From NCBI GenBank assembly GCA_963749595.1, contig CAVVNJ010000002.1:96606-160605 (forward strand): a DNA stretch of 64,000 bases, given 5' to 3'. Below the pieces are notes generated by a model. The model was not told the origin of the DNA. It was given only the letters and a program-made list of their open reading frames with translations, and did not search any database. Shown one piece after another: positions 45,584 to 56,485 of this stretch. The position numbers and the translations under genes were made by a program. The DNA is from Candidatus Woesebacteria bacterium. GTDB lineage: Bacteria; Patescibacteriota; Microgenomatia; UBA1400; UBA1396. Numbering within the stretch: the stretch's first letter is position 1; each line of letters begins with the position of its first letter.

Positions 45584-46654
45584 ATGATCGACCCTCGTTA
45601 TACCGAACTGGCCCGCATTCTGGTGCAGGAATGCATCGCCACCCAGGCGGGTGAACATGTCTGGATTCGAGCCACTTCTCCGGCGGCTTTACCGCTCAGC
45701 CGCGAGGTATACAAGCAAGTGGTTCGAGCCGGCGCCCATCCACTTTATGATCTGGCCGACGATCAAGTGGCCCCATTCTTTTACAAATACGCTACGCCCG
45801 AACAACTTAACCACCATCCGGACGTAATGGAGTTCATGGCCAATCTGGCCGACAAGACCATTACTATTATCGGCGAGCAGAACAAGCGTGATCTGGCCGG
45901 GGCGGATCCCAAAAAACTAATGGAACGATCGCGACTCTTCAAGAGCGTCAAAGACATCATTATGGCGAAACCCTGGGTCCTGACTTACGTGCCCACCTAC
46001 GGCACGGCCCAGGACGCGAATTTGTCGCTGGAAGAATTTGAGGAATTTTTCTTTGGCGCCACCAACCGCGATTGGCAGGAAGTGGAAACCAAAATGCAAC
46101 GCCTGGCCGATCGGTTAAAGCAAGCCGACAAATTACGGATCCGCGGATTGAAAACCGACTTAACGATGTCGGTGAAAAGTCGCCATTGGATCGCGGATGA
46201 CTGGAAAGCCAACATGCCAGGTGGAGAAGTCTTTACTTCGCCGATCGCCGACTCGGTGGAGGGGGAGGTCTATTTCAATTTCCCACTACTGCGCGACGGA
46301 AAATTAATGAGGGACATCCACCTGTTCTTTGAACGGGGCCGGGTCGTGAAAGCGGAAGCGAGCGAGAATGAAGAATATTTAAACCATCTGCTGGATACCG
46401 ATGAGGACGCTCGCCGTCTGGGAGAAATCGCCATCGGCGGTAATCCGGGTATCACCAATTACATGTTGAATATGTTATTCGATGAAAAGATGGAAGGCAC
46501 GATTCACATGGCCCTAGGCCAAGGGTTTGCCGAATGCGGTGGCGAAACTAGCTCTGCCCTGCATATGGACATCGTCAAAGACATGCGCGCGCCCGGATCA
46601 CGGATTGAGTTAGACGGCCAAGTTTTTCTGAAAGAAGGCCGGTTTTTGCTATAA
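45584..46654 (+). CDS. M29-family aminopeptidase (AmpS/PepS-like)
   Basis: 356 aa with the family-typical N-terminus (YTELARILV...) and C-terminus (GTIHMALGQG...HMDIV). Confidence 0.85.
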   Translation: MIDPRYTELARILVQECIATQAGEHVWIRATSPAALPLSREVYKQVVRAGAHPLYDLADDQVAPFFYKYATPEQLNHHPDVMEFMANLADKTITIIGEQNKRDLAGADPKKLMERSRLFKSVKDIIMAKPWVLTYVPTYGTAQDANLSLEEFEEFFFGATNRDWQEVETKMQRLADRLKQADKLRIRGLKTDLTMSVKSRHWIADDWKANMPGGEVFTSPIADSVEGEVYFNFPLLRDGKLMRDIHLFFERGRVVKAEASENEEYLNHLLDTDEDARRLGEIAIGGNPGITNYMLNMLFDEKMEGTIHMALGQGFAECGGETSSALHMDIVKDMRAPGSRIELDGQVFLKEGRFLL

Positions 46655-46681
46655 TCAAGAAAAGCTTGATATAGTTTGCTG

Positions 46682-47422
46682 ATGAAGCTGGCCAGAATCA
46701 GATCCACTCTCCGAACTGCACCGCCGCTGCTAGTTTATTTCCTGGAAATCTCGCTCGGCTTAGGGCTAATCGCTATCTCATTCTGGTCCTTTTTGAATCT
46801 GCGCGACCGCGTCTTTGCCAACGAATTGGTTAATTTTGATACCAGTCTTTCCTTATGGCTTTATTCGCTCCGCTCACCCATTTTAACCACGCTGATGTCC
46901 CTGATTTCATTTTTTGGCCAGGAAGTCGCCATCACTTTGGCAGTCGCCGTCGTCGTCGTGTTCTTAATCAAAAGGCACCAGCGCGAGGCGGTTTTGTTCA
47001 CTCTGACCCTTGCCGCCGAAGGGATTTTTAATGCCGTGCTCAAAAACTGGATCGAGCGGCCCCGTCCGACTTTCGCCGCGGTCACCGTCATCAACGAGTA
47101 TAGTTTTCCCTCCGGCCATTCCAGCAACGCTTTCGTTTTCTACGCCCTGGCCGCATATTTTGCTTACCATTTCACGGGCAAGAAAAAACTGTCGTTCGCC
47201 ATCGCGATTATTTCAGCCTTGATAATTATCCTGGTCGGAGTCAGCCGGGTTTATTTGGGCGTCCATTACCCGACCGACGTCCTAGCTGGCTACCTCGTTG
47301 GTTTCTGGTGGTTCCTGACCATGATCGTCCTGGAAAAAACTTTTGTCTTTTTCCGCCTGTTCCGGGAAAATCAAAAGGTTAAGATTTTCGTTGATTCGCT
47401 GCGAGTATTCCTGCACTGGTAG
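46682..47422 (+). CDS. PAP2-family phosphatase
   Basis: KNWIERPRP, PSGHS and SRVYLGVHYPTDV motifs. TGaTATAGT lies 6 nt upstream of ATG 46682. Confidence 0.85.
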   Translation: MKLARIRSTLRTAPPLLVYFLEISLGLGLIAISFWSFLNLRDRVFANELVNFDTSLSLWLYSLRSPILTTLMSLISFFGQEVAITLAVAVVVVFLIKRHQREAVLFTLTLAAEGIFNAVLKNWIERPRPTFAAVTVINEYSFPSGHSSNAFVFYALAAYFAYHFTGKKKLSFAIAIISALIIILVGVSRVYLGVHYPTDVLAGYLVGFWWFLTMIVLEKTFVFFRLFRENQKVKIFVDSLRVFLHW

Positions 47423-47609
47423 GCAAACCCACAACTAAAAAATCTCCCGTCTTTCACGACAGATTTCACGCTTTTAGGAAGATAGGGATCAATTTCCGGA
47501 TTTTCTGCTTGGTCCAACTTGTACAACATCTTGTACAAGTAGGGGCAAGCTGGAATTGGCCAAAAGAAGATATATGTCCCCAAAATCATGAAGAGAATCG
47601 TGAAAAAAG

Positions 47610-47870
47610 TCAGCGTAACTTAAACCAAGCCAAAAGCAGCAACAGTCCAACTATCGCCAACGCGTAAAACGTTCGCCTGATATCTTTGAAGAAAAACAAT
47701 CGCTCCGCCTGATCAGCCCGACTTGGCATGCTCGCCGTCTTAATCGGAGTTTTCACGACTGGAACAGTAATTTTTCCGCCCCCTGAAGCTTCTGGCTTCC
47801 AGGTATAGCCTACCTGTTCACGCCGCAACTGCGCCCGCTCCTTATCTTCCCTGGTCCGCCGTATCGCCAT
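47610..47870 (-). CDS. hypothetical C-terminally anchored protein
   Basis: 86-aa ORF with a basic N-terminus and a C-terminal TM. Confidence 0.45.
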   Translation of the reverse strand: MAIRRTREDKERAQLRREQVGYTWKPEASGGGKITVPVVKTPIKTASMPSRADQAERLFFFKDIRRTFYALAIVGLLLLLAWFKLR

Positions 47871-47920
47871 ACTTTGCCCCTATACCTGTTTGTACTCAAC
47901 CGTTATTATAGTAGGGTTCT

Positions 47921-49099
47921 ATGACTAAGAAACACTTGATCGTTTTTGCACTTGCTACCTACCTAGGCGTCTCCGCCCTCGGTTTTTTTGGTTTCCGGAC
48001 CCTTTTTCGAACCGCCGGCGTGACTACTCCAGGCGGCAAACCCAGCCGTTTCGCCAAGTTAATTTCTCCGCTGGTGCCCAAAGCCGGTCTGGGAAAAGCC
48101 GACGTTAAAGCCGATGCTCCCAAAACCGAGCCCTGCCCGCTTAATGGCCAACTTTACAGCAAAGCCGAACGCGAAGCCTGGGAATCACGCACTCCCTTGG
48201 CCATCATGATCGAAAACCATCCTGATGCTCGCCCACAGTCCGGTTTGAATAACGCTGACGTTATCTTCGAGGCCGTAGCTGAGGGCGGAATTACGCGATA
48301 CATGGGTATATTTTATTGTGGCGCTCAGGCCCAAGACATCATCGTGGCACCGATACGCTCGGCCCGAACCTATTTTATCGACTGGGCTTCCAGCTACCAG
48401 GAACCGCTTTATGTCCACGTTGGCGGTGCCAACTTGCCAGGACCTTCTGATGCTCTTGGCCAACTGGATAAGTACAAATGGGTTGGGGCCAACGATCTCA
48501 ATCAGTTCTCGATTGGTTTCCCCACCTTTGTTCGCAACTACGACCGGATTCAACTTGGCGAGGGCAAGGAACTGGCCACCGAGCATACAATGGAGTCTTC
48601 CACCGAGCGGCTCTGGAACTATGGCAAGGACAAGCGCAAGATCACCACCTGGACTGGCAAAGCCAAGTTCACATCCTGGGGTAGCAAAGACGATGCCGCT
48701 GATGGCGAGGTAGCCAAGATCACCCACGATTTCTGGGAAGGCTACAAGCAGTTCACCGCCGAGTGGACTTACGATGCCAACAGCAATACCTATCTCCGCT
48801 CAACCGGCGGCCAAGGTCACACGGACAACAACACCGGCGAGCAGCTGCGCGCTAAGAACGTCGTCATTCTTTTTGCTACCGAAAAAGGCCCGATCAACGA
48901 GAACAAGCACATGCTCTATGGCACGATTGGTAATGGTCAGGCGCTCATTTTCCAAGATGGCAAAGTTGTTAAGGCAACGTGGCAAAAATCCTCGCGCACG
49001 GCTCCATTGCAGTTTTTGGTCGGTGGTAAACCAGCCCAATTTAACCGCGGTCAGATCTGGATCTCGGTGGTGGCAACCGGCACCAACATTGAATACTAA
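47921..49099 (+). CDS. DUF3048-family (YerB-like) secreted protein
   Basis: IENHPDARPQSGLNNADVIFEAVAEGGITRYMGIFY is characteristic of the family. There is an N-terminal anchor. Confidence 0.78.
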   Translation: MTKKHLIVFALATYLGVSALGFFGFRTLFRTAGVTTPGGKPSRFAKLISPLVPKAGLGKADVKADAPKTEPCPLNGQLYSKAEREAWESRTPLAIMIENHPDARPQSGLNNADVIFEAVAEGGITRYMGIFYCGAQAQDIIVAPIRSARTYFIDWASSYQEPLYVHVGGANLPGPSDALGQLDKYKWVGANDLNQFSIGFPTFVRNYDRIQLGEGKELATEHTMESSTERLWNYGKDKRKITTWTGKAKFTSWGSKDDAADGEVAKITHDFWEGYKQFTAEWTYDANSNTYLRSTGGQGHTDNNTGEQLRAKNVVILFATEKGPINENKHMLYGTIGNGQALIFQDGKVVKATWQKSSRTAPLQFLVGGKPAQFNRGQIWISVVATGTNIEY

Positions 49100-49138
49100 A
49101 ATACTTCAATTTCAGAGAAAGTACGCTATACTGATGCT

Positions 49139-49736
49139 ATGGCTAAGCTCACCGACTTCATCATTTCCAAGGTGCGCGTCAAGATGCTGGAGTTATTCTT
49201 CCGCAACCCCAACAACCTGTTCTACGTGCGGCAAATCACTCGGGAAATCGACGAAGAAATTAATGCCGTCCGGCGCGAACTGGAACGAATGTCTGAGACC
49301 GGCATGCTAAAAAGCGAAAAACGCGGTAATCGGCTGTATTATTTTCTTAACCGACAGTACGATTTTTATTCCGATTTGCTCCGAATGCTGGCCAAAACCA
49401 CTGGACTGGGACTGGCAATCAAGAAAAGTCGGCAGGTAATCGGTAATCCAAAATTTGTGATGTTCTCCGGAAAATTTGCCCAGCACCGCAATCGGGCAAT
49501 GGACGAAGTTGATATTCTGCTGGTCGGCGACATCAAGATGCAGGCCCTGGAACCACTGGTTAAAGAAGAAGAAAAGTCGCGGGGACATGAGATAAATTAC
49601 ACTGTCATGACTCTCGACGAGTTCGAGTTCCGCAAAGCCAGACATGATCCTTTCTTGCAGGAAGTGCTGGCGGGCGGGCCGAATCATGATCCTCGGCGAC
49701 GAAGATGCACTAGTCGAACGCAAGAGCGAACGGTAA
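49139..49736 (+). CDS. winged-helix transcriptional regulator-like protein, one frameshift near 49675
   Basis: N-terminal wHTH-like region (VRQITREIDEEINAVRRELERMSETGML). The natural C-terminus RIMILGDEDALVERKSER* is in another frame. The 347-aa track ORF fuses it to secD. Confidence 0.55.
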
Positions 49737-49745
49737 ACTACCAGC

Positions 49746-51133
49746 GTGGCCAAGATTCGTTTCCGCTTATCACTCCGCTTGTCAAGACGAAACTGCAGTT
49801 CTTTTTGACGACGGTGCTGCTGGCTGTCGCACTCCTGGTTGCTTTGCCAAACCGGTTCACGATTCCCTGGCCCAAGCCAATCGAAATTACCAAGCTCTCG
49901 TTAGATTTTACCCGACATCGGCCTGCCGATTTCGACCAATCAACCGTTGAAAAAGGACTCGATATCGTTGGCGGCACCCAAGTCACTTTGGCAGCCGACA
50001 TGAAGGATATCCCGGTGAGGAACGCGACAACGCTCTGGCCAGCGTGGAGGAGGTCTTGCGCCGACGAGTGGATCTTTACGGCGTGGCTGAACCGCGTATC
50101 CGCAGCTCGGTTTGGGGTGATCAGTACCGGATTCTGGTCGAGTTGCCCGGACTGGACCAGCCGCAGCAGGCCCTACAGCTGATTGGACAGACGGCGCAGC
50201 TGTCGTTTCGCGAAATTGAGCCCTCCGTTGCCATTGCCACCGACGCGGCCAACCTAACGCTGGACACGTTTATTCCCACCGGCCTGGGCGGAACGCAGCT
50301 GCGCCGCGCTACCGTGCAGTTTAGTCCGACGGGCGAGCCGGTCGTTTCGATCGAATTCAACAGCGAGGGCGCGACGCTCTTCGGCCAGATTACCGAGCGA
50401 AACGTCAGCAAACCGCTGGCGATCTTCCTGGATGAACAGCCGGCATCGCTGCCGGTGGTCAACGAAGCCATCCTGGGCGGCACGGCCCAGATTTCCGGCA
50501 ATTTCACCCTGGAGCAAGCTAAAACCCTGGTCAGCCAACTCAACGCCGGCGCGCTGCCGGTCCCGATCCAAATCGTGGAACAAAAAACCATCGGGCCGTC
50601 CCTCGGCCAACAGTCGCTCAATCTCTCGGTGCACGCCGGCTTCATCGGCATCGCGCTGGTGATCCTGTTTATGATTTTGCTCTACGGCTGGGCCGGCTTG
50701 ATCGCTGATTTCGGCCTGATCGCCTATGGCATCCTCACCGTGGCGCTGTACAAACAAATTCCCGTCACGCTCAGTCTTCCCGGTATCGCCGGACTCTTGC
50801 TCTCGATCGGTATGGCGGTGGACGCCAACATTCTCACCTTCGAGCGCATCAAGGAGGAATGGCGGGCGGGCAAATCCTGGCCGGAAGCCTTGCGGCTGGG
50901 CTTTGGCCGTTCCTGGGACAGCATTAAGAGCGCCAACTTGGCCACCTTGGCGATCTGTTTTATTCTGTTCAATCCGCTCGACTGGGGTTTTCTCAACACC
51001 AGCGGCCCGGTGCGCGGCTTTCGCCCTGACTCTGGCCCTGGGCATCGCGGTTAGCCTCTTCACCGGCGTATTTTACTCCCGGCTGCTGGTGCAACTGTTC
51101 CTAGCGCCGACCCAAACGCAGGAGGTTAAATGA
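49746..51133 (+). pseudogene. secD: protein translocase subunit SecD, frame broken at least 3 times
   Basis: GLDIVGGTQVTL, RVDLYGVAEPRI, LGGTAQISGNFT and GPSLGQQS, then the TM bundle ending GFALTLALGIAVSLFTGV in the frame of ORF 50726..51133. Shifts lie near 49765, 50005 and 51020. The stop overlaps the secF ATG (ATGA). Confidence 0.85.
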
Positions 51134-52021
51134 CCGTTCACTGGATGGCGCGCCGGCGCTGGTACTATTTATTTTCCGGGACCCTAATTCTGTTGGGTTT
51201 ACTGGCCATTCTCCTGGGCGGACTAAAGCCGGCGCTGGAGTTCACCGGCGGTTCGCAACTGATCGTGCGCGATACCAGTAATCGGATGCGAGGTTGCTTG
51301 GCGACGCAGCCAAAAAGCCTCGAAACGAGCAAAGATCGAACGACCGACGATTATTCCCTTGGCCGACAACGAATACGAATTCGATTTGGCAACTTGACCA
51401 ATCACCCAGAAAGACGGCTTTACTAACCAGCTGGCGGACCAGCTTGCCTGATTCGGAAATCTAAGGAACTGAGTTTTCAGAGCGTCGGTCCGACGATCGG
51501 CGGGAGTTGCTGACCAAAACCGGCTACGCCGTCGGTCTGGCGGTGATTGTGATTTTGGCCTATCTCTGGCTACAGTTTAACGATTGGCGCTTTGGTCTGG
51601 CCGGCGTTTTGGCCATGCTGCATGACACTTTTATCGTCACCGGCACCTTCGCGGTCCTGGGTTATTTTCTCGGAGTGAAGGTCGACGTGCTGTTCGTGAC
51701 GGCCTCTGTTAACAATTCTGTCCTTTCTCGGTCCATGACACGATCGTTTTGTTCGACCGCTACCGCGAGCTGCGCCGCACCACGCGCGCCACGGTTTCGG
51801 CCGAAGAATTGGCGGATTTGGCGGTGACGCAAACGGTGACACGGTCGTTAAATAATTCATTGACGATTCTGATCATGTTGGCGGCCTTGTTGCTGTTGGG
51901 AGGGGAGTCGTTGCGGTGGTTTGCGATGGCGTTATTTGTGGGGACACTGATTGGGACGTACTCAAGTACCTTCACAGCGTTGCCGTTATATGTGGATTTG
52001 GTGAAATGGGATAAAAAGTAG
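51130..52021 (+). pseudogene. secF: protein translocase subunit SecF, frame broken at least 3 times
   Basis: LKPALEFTGGSQL (N-terminus), LAMLHDTFIVTGTFAVLG, and RYRELRR...TRSLNNSLTILIMLAALLLLGG spread across three frames. Confidence 0.82.
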
Positions 52022-52146
52022 TAAACCCAATCGAAGTCTAAAAGACTGCATCATCAAACTATTTCGACCAATTTATCCTGAAAACACAGAATATAAGCCC
52101 TAACTGCTTATTCACAGGCTAAAGTACTTCGGGTATTATTCGAGCC

Positions 52147-53739
52147 ATGCGGATCTTACCGGAGAGATTTACCGATTTCATTCAAGAGCATCCCAAGGCT
52201 GTAAGGCGCACCGTCATTTTTGGTGTATCGGCATTCCTGATCAATCTTGGTGTTGATCTGAATAACAACGGTCAACCAAAACACGAGATTGCGCCGCAAC
52301 CGGGACTTCCGACCGAGAATACTGGTGTAGAAACTCCCGCGGTCGAGCTTAAAAAATTACCTGTCTTCTTTCCGGCTGGGTCCTCAGCTCACGAAGAAGC
52401 GGCTCCGGAAGCATCGGAAACTCAAAAACCGATATATATATTCCCAGAAGTAAAAGCCTCCAAAGCTGCACAAGAAGAAACAAAATCAGATCAGGTGGAG
52501 CCAGCCGCGAAACCGGTAGAAACTCAAGAAAAGAAGACTATATTCCCGACCGGCATGGAAACTTCTCCCGGTTTTAGTTCTTACTTGTTGAATAATCCAA
52601 TTCACCGGGCTGCTGATCTGGTTAGCTATAAGCAAATGGTCCAAGAAACCTATGCCACCAAAGAACTGGTCAGTGATTTCTTATTCGAACAAGTACTTAA
52701 CGGCGAATTAGATATTATCCCTGGAAATACCGTCGAAGATTTTGGTCACGGTTTTTCTGAACAGCTCTGGCTGGATTTGGTTCCAATGGAACAACGAATC
52801 GATAGCACTTTTACGAGCGAAAGTCTGTCTGCTGCCCGCAATGAATTTGAATTCCAACCCTTAGTCTTTAAAGACGGCGCTTTCGAGCACCCAGGCGCTC
52901 TTTGGAATGTTGATCCCGAAACCGGCGTGGAAACTTTTGCTTACGTTGCCGCTGATTACGACAATGCCCAAACCGTAATGGTCTTGGCTGCAGCTGGTCG
53001 ATTGGAAAACCAGATGGGTTCGGAAGCCTGGAGTCAATTAAGCCAAAACGAAAAAACCACCCAAGCCGTTGATTTGTTCCGCTCTTGGATTTTAGAAACA
53101 CGAGAGAGTGTTGCTCCTGGAACCCCTCATCGTGTCATTACCGATGAAAATGGCAAAAAACTATTTGAGCTGTATTTCCCTGAGGAAAACGGTTCCTTTG
53201 TAACTTGCCGCATTGAAGTTCAACCAGGCCTAGACTCTCGTGATGATCAAGAAGCAGGTAAATTTATCAGGGAAAAAGTAAAAATTAAATTCCAGCCAAA
53301 AAATAATCTCCAGGCAAATTTCTTTGAACTGAGCCGCAATGGCGATTTTTTGCCTATAATTATTTTTGATCCGGCGACTGGTCAAACGCGAGTTGAAATG
53401 TGGGATCTGTCTACCGGATTCAAATTTATTCCTGATGGTTGGCAAGCTCCTGACGGTCCGTTTGAAGAGAGCGATCTGGTGATGCCGATGGATTCCTGCG
53501 GCGTTGATCAACCGTCAGTTGCACCGATAACTCCTCAACCTACTCCCGGTCAGCCACCAATAATTCCGCCGCCACCTGAAACCTGCGAGGAACGCGGTGA
53601 TTGTCCTCCTCCACCACCCAAGACACCAGAAAAACCAAAAGGAGATGGTGTAAACCCAGACGGTGAAGATGAAATATTACCCGGTGGCGGCCTAATTGAA
53701 GGTGAAGATAATCCTCCACCTACTGGATCAGGATACTAA
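52147..53739 (+). CDS. hypothetical secreted protein with Pro-rich C-terminus
   Basis: 530-aa ORF with an N-terminal anchor and a C-terminal [34 protein letters not shown] lies 7 nt upstream of the ATG. Confidence 0.55.
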   Translation: MRILPERFTDFIQEHPKAVRRTVIFGVSAFLINLGVDLNNNGQPKHEIAPQPGLPTENTGVETPAVELKKLPVFFPAGSSAHEEAAPEASETQKPIYIFPEVKASKAAQEETKSDQVEPAAKPVETQEKKTIFPTGMETSPGFSSYLLNNPIHRAADLVSYKQMVQETYATKELVSDFLFEQVLNGELDIIPGNTVEDFGHGFSEQLWLDLVPMEQRIDSTFTSESLSAARNEFEFQPLVFKDGAFEHPGALWNVDPETGVETFAYVAADYDNAQTVMVLAAAGRLENQMGSEAWSQLSQNEKTTQAVDLFRSWILETRESVAPGTPHRVITDENGKKLFELYFPEENGSFVTCRIEVQPGLDSRDDQEAGKFIREKVKIKFQPKNNLQANFFELSRNGDFLPIIIFDPATGQTRVEMWDLSTGFKFIPDGWQAPDGPFEESDLVMPMDSCGVDQPSVAPITPQPTPGQPPIIPPPPETCEERGDCPPPPPKTPEKPKGDGVNPDGEDEILPGGGLIEGEDNPPPTGSGY

Positions 53740-53741
53740 AT

Positions 53742-55466
53742 ATGAATATTTTTCAAACCCTACTCAGAGTTTCCAAAAAAGCAGCCGCAATCACTTCATT
53801 GTCTTTATTAGTGTTGGCCCTTTTAACCGTTGGTGGGATTCTACATTTCCGTTCCAGAGCTGCGGCAACAACGCAGCCAACTCTCGTTGTTGGAATGAAA
53901 AAAGTTGGTGACAGTTCCTATACCAATACCCTTAATCTAAATGTTGGTGATCGGGCTCGATTTAAAGTCGCGGTGATCAACGGAACTGAGGGGAATGTGA
54001 TCAACAATCTTCACTTCTTTTCCGTGTTCGGTCACGACGGAGTTTACACCTGGATTAAAGCCGACAATCTAGACAAAGTTGGTGTACCACGTGTCTTATG
54101 GACCGTTCCTGATAGCGCCAAGGTTCGATACATTCCCAATTCGACTTACTACGAAACCAACGTCAGTGGTTCTTGGGTCGGCTCAATCCAGCCTGATTAT
54201 CAGGGTGACAGCATGCTCTTTATTGATGACTCGCATGACGGCATCGGCTTCCATAAACACAATCTCACCGGTGGAACCAACTATCAATATGTCGCTTACT
54301 TTGATGTCGAGGTTGTCGAAGGTAATAATCCAGTCTTCAATAACCATTCAGAGGATCAACCCACTTTCCAGGTCCGCAAACAAGGAGACAGCGATTGGAA
54401 AACCTCACTCAGCGGCTTCGCGCCCAATGACATTCTCGAGTTCAAGCTCTACGCTCACAACAACACTCGCGGTACCTTGGCCCATGACGTTCGTGTCGGC
54501 TTAACCAACTGGACTGCCACGGAAACCGAGCACCTCACTTTGACCGGTTTCGTCAAAGCCAACAATGCCACCACCAAGCAAAATAACGTCACCATTAATG
54601 ACGACCAACCCTTCACCTTGGACTACATCGAGGGCTCTACTCGTTTCCAAGGTCGGCCGACTCTAGGTGCCGATCCCTTTGACACTAATGCCGTCCAAGC
54701 CGATGGAGTAATTGCACCCAACGGAATCCAAATCGGTTCGATTGGCGACATGGAAGGCTGCTGGGACTTCTTAATGACCGTACGTTTCCAGGCTAAAGTC
54801 GAGGCTATTCCTACGCCGACACCAACTCCAACCCCCACTCCTACGCCGACTCCTACTCCCACACCAACTCCGACGCCAACCCCTACGCCGACACCCACGC
54901 CTACGCCTACCCCTACCCCTACCCCTACCCCCACACCCACTCCAACCCCCACTCCTACGCCGACTCCTACTCCCACACCAACTCCGACGCCAACCCCTAC
55001 GCCGACACCAACCCCTGAGTACACCGGCTTTGTCATCGAAAAATACGAAGACACTGACGGCGACGGCTCTCGCGACAACAACGAAAACGGCTTGAGCTGG
55101 GAATTCGAATGGGACTTGAATCACGACGAAAACTGGCGCAACTACGTGACCTACTCGGAAAGTAATGGGCGTGGTGGAACCGTCGGTAACCTACACCAAG
55201 ACGACGTGGTCCGCGTTCGTGAAAAAGGTAAGGACGGCTGGAAAGCCACCACCAGCACCGAAGTGACCCTCACCATGCAAAAGAACGAGATCAAGATGGC
55301 GGTGTTTGGCAACCGTTTGACCAAACCCACTACTACTCCGAGCAGCCAACCGCCGGAAGAACTGCCGGAAACCGGCACTGACAGTGTGCCAGGCTTGATG
55401 ACCGCCTTCGGCTTGGGCTGGCTGGGACTGGGTCTTAAGCTACTCAGCCGCCGCCTGCGCCTCTGA
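53742..55466 (+). CDS. LPXTG-anchored cell-surface protein with (TP)n stalk
   Basis: Signal anchor, beta-rich domains, about 68 TP dipeptides, then LPETG plus a hydrophobic stretch and RRLRL at the C-terminus. Confidence 0.85.
   Translation: MNIFQTLLRVSKKAAAITSLSLLVLALLTVGGILHFRSRAAATTQPTLVVGMKKVGDSSYTNTLNLNVGDRARFKVAVINGTEGNVINNLHFFSVFGHDGVYTWIKADNLDKVGVPRVLWTVPDSAKVRYIPNSTYYETNVSGSWVGSIQPDYQGDSMLFIDDSHDGIGFHKHNLTGGTNYQYVAYFDVEVVEGNNPVFNNHSEDQPTFQVRKQGDSDWKTSLSGFAPNDILEFKLYAHNNTRGTLAHDVRVGLTNWTATETEHLTLTGFVKANNATTKQNNVTINDDQPFTLDYIEGSTRFQGRPTLGADPFDTNAVQADGVIAPNGIQIGSIGDMEGCWDFLMTVRFQAKVEAIPTPTPTPTPTPTPTPTPTPTPTPTPTPTPTPTPTPTPTPTPTPTPTPTPTPTPTPTPTPTPTPTPTPTPEYTGFVIEKYEDTDGDGSRDNNENGLSWEFEWDLNHDENWRNYVTYSESNGRGGTVGNLHQDDVVRVREKGKDGWKATTSTEVTLTMQKNEIKMAVFGNRLTKPTTTPSSQPPEELPETGTDSVPGLMTAFGLGWLGLGLKLLSRRLRL
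54810..55016. repeat. (ACN-CCN)n Thr-Pro coding microsatellite with a ~70-bp exact internal duplication
   Basis: The segment starting actccaacccccactcctacgccgactcc... occurs at about 54825 and again at about 54939. Confidence 0.9.
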
Positions 55467-55511
55467 AAGGTCTGACTTTGAAAAGTACTACGCCTGGAAG
55501 GTTAAACCTTT
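55466..55511 (+). promoter_or_regulatory. operator pair 3 (31-bp offset) at the LPXTG-sortase junction
   Basis: AAAGGTCTGACTTTG is at 55466-55480 and GAAGGTTAAACCTTT at 55497-55511. Confidence 0.5.
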
Positions 55512-56455
55512 ATCTGAGGGATTTCCCCAGTCTGGAAACCGGCTGGTTTTACAGCGAACTCAAAATTAACCCCGCGGTTCGTTCCTGGAAGCGGCAAAAA
55601 CGCACCGAGCCGGTCGTCTGGCTAGATTTAACGGCTTTACGCCAACAGAGGCTTGAATCCGCCCAAGCGCTGGTTATCACCACCACCGCTAATCAGTTAG
55701 CCGCCCACCCACTGGCACATCTAGCCTTGCCAGTAATTGCTTGGCCGCAAATTACCCTCGCGCTTTCCCTACCGGAAGTGCCGCTTCCGAACAAAAAAGT
55801 GGTTGCCCAAACCTTGGATTGGACCAGCCGGTTTTCGTTGGCTTTCGCCGTGGCCTTGGCTCTGCTTTTTGCCGGTCCGATCGCGATTTTAGAGACCCAA
55901 TCCTTAGTTGGCCGCGCCATCAGGAATATAAACCCGGTTGAACAATCAGTGACCGAGGCACCGGAACCAACCATTGCTCCCGACCCCACGCCCAATATTA
56001 CCAGTCCAAAAGATATTTTTTCCATTTCTTTCCCTGATTTGGGCATTGAAAGCACCATTACACCGAACGTCAACTCCGCTGACGCCAAAGCTTACCGCAC
56101 GGCACTAAAAGAGGGGATTGCCCATGCCGCCGGCACCGGTCTGCCGGGGCAATTAGACGTTAATCACACCATCTACCTCTTTGCTCACTCCACCGATGGA
56201 ACCTGGAATATTGACCGCTACAACGCCCAATTTTATGCCCTTAAAGACGCTGAGCCGGGCCAGATCATTACCGTTCGGTTTTGGGGTGAGGATTTTCGCT
56301 ACCGCATCACGGATAAACAGATCGTCGCCGCCGATGATACGATCTGGCTGCAACCCCAGTTCGAGTCTGAAAAATTGGTCCTGCAGACCTGTTATCCTCC
56401 AGGAACCACTTGGAAAAGATTGCTCGTGATCGCCGAACCGGTGCCTATTGAATAA
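55478..56455 (+). CDS. sortase (transpeptidase); start uncertain (TTG 55478 or GTG 55799)
   Basis: IYLFAHS (His), LVLQTCYPPG (catalytic Cys) and RLLVIAEP (Arg). The frame is open for 107 codons upstream of the TM anchor. From GTG 55799 the protein would be a typical ~218 aa. Confidence 0.8.
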   Translation: MKSTTPGRLNLYLRDFPSLETGWFYSELKINPAVRSWKRQKRTEPVVWLDLTALRQQRLESAQALVITTTANQLAAHPLAHLALPVIAWPQITLALSLPEVPLPNKKVVAQTLDWTSRFSLAFAVALALLFAGPIAILETQSLVGRAIRNINPVEQSVTEAPEPTIAPDPTPNITSPKDIFSISFPDLGIESTITPNVNSADAKAYRTALKEGIAHAAGTGLPGQLDVNHTIYLFAHSTDGTWNIDRYNAQFYALKDAEPGQIITVRFWGEDFRYRITDKQIVAADDTIWLQPQFESEKLVLQTCYPPGTTWKRLLVIAEPVPIE

Positions 56456-56485
56456 TGTGCTATATTTTCAAAGGAGGAGAGTGAT

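Noticed and set aside
47371-47589. 72-aa minus-strand ORF downstream of 47610..47870
   Set aside because: It overlaps the 3' end of the PAP2 gene by about 50 nt, has no SD or -10 geometry like the other starts, and has odd composition. It is left uncalled, although a shorter small protein cannot be excluded.
50254-51063. 269-aa minus-strand ORF antisense to secD, plus several other long antisense ORFs between 50121 and 51133
   Set aside because: The composition is Arg/Ala/Gly-rich, typical of antisense frames in GC-rich coding DNA. The sense strand carries unmistakable SecD motifs.
54810-55016. Could the short tandem repeats (here and at 567-713) be a CRISPR array?
   Set aside because: The units are 6 bp and 21 bp, contiguous with no unique spacers, in frame inside coding sequence, and no cas genes are present.
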